DNA of 64,000 nt, from the NCBI GenBank assembly GCA_963664325.2, contig CAXXDQ010000004.1, positions 736,001 through 800,000 on the forward strand, in the 5' to 3' direction. Made by a program: the position numbers and the translations under genes. The notes under the pieces were generated by a model. It was not told the origin of the DNA. It searched no databases and saw only the letters and a program-made list of their open reading frames with translations. Shown in pieces: positions 58,296 to 64,000 of the stretch (its first letter is position 1; every line of letters begins with the position of its first letter). The DNA is from Desulfomonilia bacterium (GTDB lineage Bacteria > Desulfobacterota > Desulfomonilia > UBA1062).

Positions 58296-61200
58296 GTGAT
58301 TGAAAAGATAATAGGCCTCAGCGCCCGTAACCGTTTCTTCGTTATACTGATAACGGTATTTGCCGTCGTCTGGGGGGTCTGGGCCCTGAAGAGGACGCCG
58401 CTTGACGCAATACCGGACCTGAGCGACACCCAGGTGATTATTTATACAGAATGGCCGGGCCGGAGCCCTGATCTTGTTGAGAACCAGATAACCTATCCGA
58501 TATCGACCACTCTGCTTGCCGCCCCTAAGGTGCAGGCCGTAAGGGGATTCTCATTCCTCGGCAGCTCTTTCATCTATGTCATATTCGATGAAGGTACCGA
58601 CATATACTGGGCACGAAGCCGGATAATCGAATACATTGAGGCCGTTAAGAATAAGATACCCCAGGGGGTGAACCCGGTCCTCGGTCCTGACGCCACAAGC
58701 CTCGGATGGGGTTTTTCCTACGCCATTGTCGATGAAAAGGGCGGCCATGATCTTTCCCAGCTTCGCTCGATCGAGGATTACACCGTAAAACTGGCGCTTG
58801 AAAGCGTGCAGGGTGTTTCCCAGGTTGCGTCCGTCGGGGGGTTCGTCAAACAGTATCAGGTAAATATCGACCCGGTAAAACTCAGGTCCTATAATATCCC
58901 GCTCATGAAGGTTATAGAGGCGGTGAAAAAGAGCAATCTGGATGTTGAAGGCCGTGTGCTTGAGATGTCCGGCACCGAATACATGATACGGGGCCGGGGC
59001 TACATAAAGAACCTCTCGGATATCGAAAATATTGCCGTCTCCAATAACGGCAGGGGAACTCCTGTCATCCTTAAAGATGTCGCTTTAATTGAGTTGGGGC
59101 CGGAAATAAGGCGGGGGCTTGCAGACCTGAACGGCAGAGGCGAGGTCGCAGGCGGAATAGTTATAGTACGCTTCGGGGAGAACGTGCTCAATGTGATTGA
59201 GCGTGTAAAGGAAAAGATAAAAAACGATATAGGTCCATCCCTGCCGAAAGGGGTGAAAATCGTCGTCACCTATGACCGTTCCGATCTTATAAAGCGGAGC
59301 ATCGCAACACTCAGGGATGAGATAATCAAACTTGCCGTTGCCGTCAGCGTTGTCTGCCTTATATTCCTCTTCCACCTGCCAAGCGCCTTTGTCGTAATCC
59401 TCACGCTCCCTGTTGCCATAATCATGTCTTTTGTCTGCATGTACTATCTTGGCATTACATCGAACATCATGAGTCTGAGCGGTATCGCGATAGCCATAGG
59501 CGCAATGGTCGACGCCTCGATAATAATGGTGGAGAACGCCCACAAGAAACTGGAGGAATGGGAGGAAAACCGGTCAGGGACAAGATTTGACGCCATATTG
59601 GAGGCGGCAAAGGAAGTGGGGCCGTCCTTGTTCTTCTCGCTGCTTGTCATAACGGTCGGATTCCTTCCCGTTTTCACCCTCGAGGAACAGGCCGGAAGGC
59701 TTTTCAAGCCGCTTGCATTCACTAAGACCTTTGCCATGCTGTTTTCATCTCTGCTTGCCGTTACCCTTACCCCTGTGCTCATGACCATGCTTATCAGGGG
59801 CAGAGTCAGGCATGAGGACAGAAACCCCATAAGCATGTTCCTCAGGTGGATATACAGGCCTGTCGCGTCTCTGGCGCTTAAACATACCTGGGTTGTGATC
59901 GGGCTTTCAATAATCATTATGGCGGCTACGGTTTACCCGATAAAAAAACTGGGCAGCGAATTCATGCCTCCGCTCAATGAAGGCACGCTTTTCTACATGC
60001 CGGTGACCGTTCCGGCTGCCTCCATCAGCGAGGTTCAGAAACTTCTGAACCTCCAGGACCGGTTAATCATGCAGGTCCCGGAAGTGGAATCGGTATTCGG
60101 CAAGGCGGGCCGGGCGGAAACCGCAACCGACCCTGCGCCGCTTGAGATGTTCGAGACGGTTATCAATCTCAAACCCGAAGATAAATGGAGAAAGGGCGTA
60201 ACGACAGACGACATCAAGGATGAGCTTAATGACAGGCTGAGCATCCCGGGTGTGGCCAATTCCTTCACCATGCCGATAAAGGCCAGGATCGACATGCTGG
60301 CTACAGGCATCAGGACCCCGGTGGGCATAAAGGTAATGGGCCCTGACCTTGGTGTTATTGACAGGATCGGGCTTGAACTTGAAAATGCGGTTAAAAAGGT
60401 TCCCGGTATAAGGAGCGTCTATTCCGAGCGTGTCACGACGGGCTATTATATTGATTTTGAAATAAACAGGGATGCCGCCGCGCGATACGGCCTGAGCGTG
60501 GAGGATGTCCAGTCAGTGGTGGAAGCCGCAATAGGCGGCATGAACATCACCACAACGGTCGAGGGCAGGGAGCGCTATCCGGTTAACGTCCGCTATGCCA
60601 GGGAACTCAGAAACGATATCGGGAAAATGAAAAATATTGAGGTGCCTGTTCAGGCAGACGCTGCGGGAAACGGTATGGGCGGTTCCGGCATGGGGGCTCA
60701 GGCCGTTGGCGCTGCCGCAGGGCAGATCGCATGGATTCCGCTTTCAGAGCTTGCGGATGTAAGGATTGTCCGGGGCCCCACCATGATAAAAAGCGAAAAG
60801 GGTCTGCTCAATTCCTATGTTTATATTGACTTTTCGGGCAAGGACATCGGGGATTTCGTTAACGAGGCCAAGAAGGCTGCTTCAACGGTGAAAATCCCTT
60901 CCGGCTACCGGCTTGAGTGGAGCGGGGAATACGAATATCTCCTGAAGACGCAGGAAAGGCTCATGCTGGTCATCCCGCTTACTCTTTTCATCATATTCGT
61001 CCTTATCTACATGAACACCCGCTCTGTTACGAAAACGGCGATCGTGCTTCTTGCAGTGCCGTTTTCTCTGGTAGGCTCATTCTGGTTTCTTTATATCATG
61101 GGGTACAACCTGAGTATCGCGGTATGGGTGGGCATCATTGCGCTTGCGGGGCTTGATGCGGAGACGGGCGTGGTCATGCTTTTATACCTCAGCCTTGCCT

Positions 61201-61478
61201 ATGAAAAATATAGAACATCCAAACGCATGGAATCGACAGTTGATTTAAAGGCCTCGATAATGGAAGGCGCGGTCAAGCGCATACGCCCTAAAATAATGAC
61301 CGTAAGCGTCATCCTTGCAGGGCTTATCCCGATTATGTTCAGCCACGGGGCAGGCTCGGACATCATGAAGCGTATTGCAGCGCCAATGGTCGGAGGCGTC
61401 ATTACATCGACGCTGCTCGAGCTGCTTATCTATCCCAGTATATTTTTCATCTGGAAGAAAAAGGGGCTCAAAGATTAG
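58296..61478 (+). CDS. cusA: CusA/CzcA-family heavy-metal RND permease
   Basis: LDAIPDLSDTQVI, GAMVDASI, EFMPPLNEG, PLEMFET, MPIKARIDML. Confidence 0.92.
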   Translation: MIEKIIGLSARNRFFVILITVFAVVWGVWALKRTPLDAIPDLSDTQVIIYTEWPGRSPDLVENQITYPISTTLLAAPKVQAVRGFSFLGSSFIYVIFDEGTDIYWARSRIIEYIEAVKNKIPQGVNPVLGPDATSLGWGFSYAIVDEKGGHDLSQLRSIEDYTVKLALESVQGVSQVASVGGFVKQYQVNIDPVKLRSYNIPLMKVIEAVKKSNLDVEGRVLEMSGTEYMIRGRGYIKNLSDIENIAVSNNGRGTPVILKDVALIELGPEIRRGLADLNGRGEVAGGIVIVRFGENVLNVIERVKEKIKNDIGPSLPKGVKIVVTYDRSDLIKRSIATLRDEIIKLAVAVSVVCLIFLFHLPSAFVVILTLPVAIIMSFVCMYYLGITSNIMSLSGIAIAIGAMVDASIIMVENAHKKLEEWEENRSGTRFDAILEAAKEVGPSLFFSLLVITVGFLPVFTLEEQAGRLFKPLAFTKTFAMLFSSLLAVTLTPVLMTMLIRGRVRHEDRNPISMFLRWIYRPVASLALKHTWVVIGLSIIIMAATVYPIKKLGSEFMPPLNEGTLFYMPVTVPAASISEVQKLLNLQDRLIMQVPEVESVFGKAGRAETATDPAPLEMFETVINLKPEDKWRKGVTTDDIKDELNDRLSIPGVANSFTMPIKARIDMLATGIRTPVGIKVMGPDLGVIDRIGLELENAVKKVPGIRSVYSERVTTGYYIDFEINRDAAARYGLSVEDVQSVVEAAIGGMNITTTVEGRERYPVNVRYARELRNDIGKMKNIEVPVQADAAGNGMGGSGMGAQAVGAAAGQIAWIPLSELADVRIVRGPTMIKSEKGLLNSYVYIDFSGKDIGDFVNEAKKAASTVKIPSGYRLEWSGEYEYLLKTQERLMLVIPLTLFIIFVLIYMNTRSVTKTAIVLLAVPFSLVGSFWFLYIMGYNLSIAVWVGIIALAGLDAETGVVMLLYLSLAYEKYRTSKRMESTVDLKASIMEGAVKRIRPKIMTVSVILAGLIPIMFSHGAGSDIMKRIAAPMVGGVITSTLLELLIYPSIFFIWKKKGLKD

Positions 61479-61578
61479 GGAACAGAAAAAAACCTGCTTG
61501 AAAAGGTATTTTTTGCCGATAAGAATAAGCGGGTAACAGATTGTTTAAAAGGGTCTGTTTGCCGTAAGGAGGTGGGTA

Positions 61579-61884
61579 ATGTTGATAAAATACGGGATAA
61601 AACTGCTGCTTCTGACGATATGTTGTGCGGTCGTCTTTATTGCGGGTTCGAAGGTTCTTGCATCTTCGTCTTATCAGGACGGTTCTCCGGCCAATGCAAA
61701 AATAATCATGTGTGCGGGCGGTTCGGATGAAGACAAGGAGTCGGTTATCGACGATGAAGACAAGGGAGCCCAGAAGGATATTGACAAGAATGCCGTTATC
61801 GATGACGACGAAGATACACAGAAGGATGTCGATAAGAATGCCGTTATCGATGATGATTCGAAAAACAAGAACAGTTCAGAGTAG
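61579..61884 (+). CDS. Small exported acidic repeat protein
   Basis: AAGGAGG RBS, signal peptide, 2.5 copies of VIDD(D/E)...QKD(I/V)DKNA. Confidence 0.6.
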   Translation: MLIKYGIKLLLLTICCAVVFIAGSKVLASSSYQDGSPANAKIIMCAGGSDEDKESVIDDEDKGAQKDIDKNAVIDDDEDTQKDVDKNAVIDDDSKNKNSSE

Positions 61885-61907
61885 AGTTTTATTTCCGGCA
61901 GACAAAT

Positions 61908-61945
61908 AAAAAGGCCGCACTTCAGTCAATAAAGTGCGGCCCCTG
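61908..61945. terminator. Terminator between convergent genes
   Basis: AAAAAGGCCGCACTT...AAGTGCGGCC; the A-tract gives a U-tract for the minus strand. Confidence 0.7.
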
Positions 61946-61962
61946 CTTTAGAATAAAACCGG

Positions 61963-63105
61963 CTATTTCGAAAGAAGCACTTTCCCCAGTGTCATGATCT
62001 CCGCTTCCTTCGTCCCTTCGTAGAGTTCGAGTATCTTTGCGTCGCGATACCATTTCTGAACCTTGTATTCCTCAATATAACCATAGCCGCCGTGAAGCTC
62101 GACCGCCAGGTTTGCGCAGAAAACAGCCGTCTGTCCGGCAAAAAATTTGGCCATTGCGGAAATATGATAGTCGGGTTTCTTGCTGTCCAGGGATACGGCG
62201 CCCTTATATGTCATGGTCCTCAGGGCCTCTATCCTGATCCACATCTCGGCAAGCTTCTGCATACTTATCTGAAAAGACCCGAGGGGCTTGCCGAAAACAG
62301 TCCTTTCCTTGCAGTATTTCACGGACTCGTCAAGGCATGCCTGTGAAATGCCCGTACCCTGGGCTGCAACGAATATACGGGTGGTATCAAAGAAATGCAT
62401 GAGCTGGTAGAAGCCGGCCCCTTTCTTGCCTATCATATTCTCCTTCGGCACACGGACGCCGTCGAAAGCGATCTCGGCCGTGTCACTGGCGCGGATTCCA
62501 AGCTTGCCCTTGATCTTTGTTGAAGTTATTCCCGGTTCCTTTGCAGGCACGACAAACTGGCTGAAACCTTTATGTATCTTTTCGTCAGGGTCTGTAATCG
62601 CCTGGACCACCATGAAATCGCAGACCGTGCCGTTTGTTATGAACATCTTGTTTCCGGTGATGAGATAATCATCCCCGTCTGCAACCGCCCTGGTCCTGTA
62701 TCCTGCAACATCGGTGCCGGCATTGGGTTCGGTGTATGCGCCTGCGCATACGGAATCTCCCGCACATACGGGGGGCAGGTATTTCTGCTTCTGTTCTTCG
62801 GAACCGTAATAAAAAAGGTTTTCGCACCCGAAGGTCGCGGCGATGACATTGAGCCCGATCCCCATGTCAACCCGTGACAGCTGCTCGGTGATGATGGTGT
62901 TTCCCAGGAAACCGACGCCAGCTCCGCCGTATTCCTCAGGTATCCAGCTGCCGACCAGACCGTTTTCAGCCGCTTTTTTCCTGATGTCCGGCGTATACTT
63001 CTCCAGCTTGTCGGCCTCTTCCGATATCGGACCGATTTCATTTACGGCAAACTTGTAGGCCATGTCCGACAACATCCTCATTTCTTCCGAAAGTTCAAAA
63101 TCCAT
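61963..63105 (-). CDS. Acyl-CoA dehydrogenase
   Basis: MDFELSEE, PEEYGG, TEPNAGTD, GNKMFITNG, KLGIRASDT, HGGYGY, LYEGT. Confidence 0.93.
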   Translation of the reverse strand: MDFELSEEMRMLSDMAYKFAVNEIGPISEEADKLEKYTPDIRKKAAENGLVGSWIPEEYGGAGVGFLGNTIITEQLSRVDMGIGLNVIAATFGCENLFYYGSEEQKQKYLPPVCAGDSVCAGAYTEPNAGTDVAGYRTRAVADGDDYLITGNKMFITNGTVCDFMVVQAITDPDEKIHKGFSQFVVPAKEPGITSTKIKGKLGIRASDTAEIAFDGVRVPKENMIGKKGAGFYQLMHFFDTTRIFVAAQGTGISQACLDESVKYCKERTVFGKPLGSFQISMQKLAEMWIRIEALRTMTYKGAVSLDSKKPDYHISAMAKFFAGQTAVFCANLAVELHGGYGYIEEYKVQKWYRDAKILELYEGTKEAEIMTLGKVLLSK

Positions 63106-63314
63106 GTTTTCCTCCCATTTTTTATCGGTTTTATATGAAGAAGCGATTCTAATAGATAAGAAATCCAATATCAATGCCAAGTAGGCATTAAAAGAAAATA
63201 TTTATTTGTGGCGGGAGATCGTTCGGTTAATGACTATGGGCAATTCCGGGTATCTGTTTATAATAATGGCGGCAATGGGCTTTCTTCAGGGAGAGCCCAT
63301 TGCCAGCGCGCCAT

Positions 63315-64000
63315 TTACATTGTCTTGTCCAGGAGCTTGTGATAGCTGGCCAGCCAGTATGCGGCAAGGTAGTCGACGCCAGGGTTTACATGCCTGGGAT
63401 TGTCGCTGCCGCATGCCGTTATGACAAACGGGTTGCGCTGCCACAGGAAATCGGAAGGGCACTGCAGCGGAACCGGGAATGCCTCAAGCGCCTGTGCGTT
63501 GATCGGCTTCCATATGTCATCCACATTAAGCGCCTCGAAGAGGTTGTGAAGCTTAACCGACTGGGGGTCGATCGTATAGGTCGACGGGTCACGGTCAGGC
63601 AGGTAATATTCTCCATTGGGCGCATTTCTGAATTCGGTTAGGTCTTCTACAAGCTGTGAATAATACTGATCCGCGGGAGACATATCGTTTATCCACCCGC
63701 CCTGGCTCATGTAGATACCGTTGAACCATGCGTTATGGGACAGCCTTGTAAAGGTATGAACCGATTTGTTGAATTCGCTGACAAGCCAGTTGTAGTCGTC
63801 CTCGCCGAAATAAACCCTGCCGAGCCTGAGGAGATTGTACCAGTTGGTGTGTGCAAGGTTGTTGCCGTAATATTCAAGGTAGCGGTTGAAATAGTTGATG
63901 TCGGACACGAAAAGGCTCGTACGGTTGGCGTTCAGCAGCATGATCTTGAGCTGCTCGAGCATGCGGGCATCCCCGGTCATGTGATAGCCTATCAGAAGGA
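63315..64000 (-). CDS. Hypothetical protein, C-terminal part (runs off window end)
   Basis: Open frame to the window edge; ends DFLWQRNPF...PGVDYLAAYWLASYH; family not identified. Confidence 0.65.
   Translation of the reverse strand, partial: LLIGYHMTGDARMLEQLKIMLLNANRTSLFVSDINYFNRYLEYYGNNLAHTNWYNLLRLGRVYFGEDDYNWLVSEFNKSVHTFTRLSHNAWFNGIYMSQGGWINDMSPADQYYSQLVEDLTEFRNAPNGEYYLPDRDPSTYTIDPQSVKLHNLFEALNVDDIWKPINAQALEAFPVPLQCPSDFLWQRNPFVITACGSDNPRHVNPGVDYLAAYWLASYHKLLDKTM

Noticed and set aside
57361-58299. 312-aa plus-strand ORF bridging cusB and cusA
   Set aside because: It is the codon-aligned antisense shadow of the methyltransferase gene with no recognisable motifs; its stop overlapping the cusA start is probably chance.

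Overview
Bacterial, probably an anaerobic Gram-negative of deltaproteobacterial type (inferred from gene content, not established). The dominant feature (8.3-43.6 kb) is an array of 12 predicted lipoprotein genes made of four paralogous A-B-C cassettes, arranged as two six-gene blocks with a multi-PAS histidine kinase / NarL-type regulator pair between them. A genes encode 6-10 PKD/K319L-like Ig repeats plus a highly divergent C-terminal beta-sandwich tip. B genes encode five unusual 4-Cys PASTA repeats, an FN3 domain with insertions and an unknown C-terminal domain. C genes encode four PKD-like repeats plus an RCC1/BLIP-II-like propeller. All 12 proteins share a lipobox and a homologous N-terminal Ig-like module. 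The cassettes carry conserved non-coding or small-ORF elements: ~133-bp hairpin-RBS-ATG leader units and A-B double hairpins. An lgt gene and a decayed copy of the kinase's PAS region lie just downstream of the array. The left flank holds LOG, DUF2845, PilZ, a metallophosphoesterase-nucleotidyltransferase fusion and decayed FGGY/USP/ClC genes. The right flank holds an Rrf2-iscS-iscU-nadA-fdhD-metY-cysK-thiM-thiE operon, a Cus-type efflux operon interrupted by an antisense homocysteine S-methyltransferase gene, and an acyl-CoA dehydrogenase. No rRNA, tRNA, CRISPR, transposase or reverse transcriptase was recognised. All domain calls were made by eye from motifs; no searches were run.
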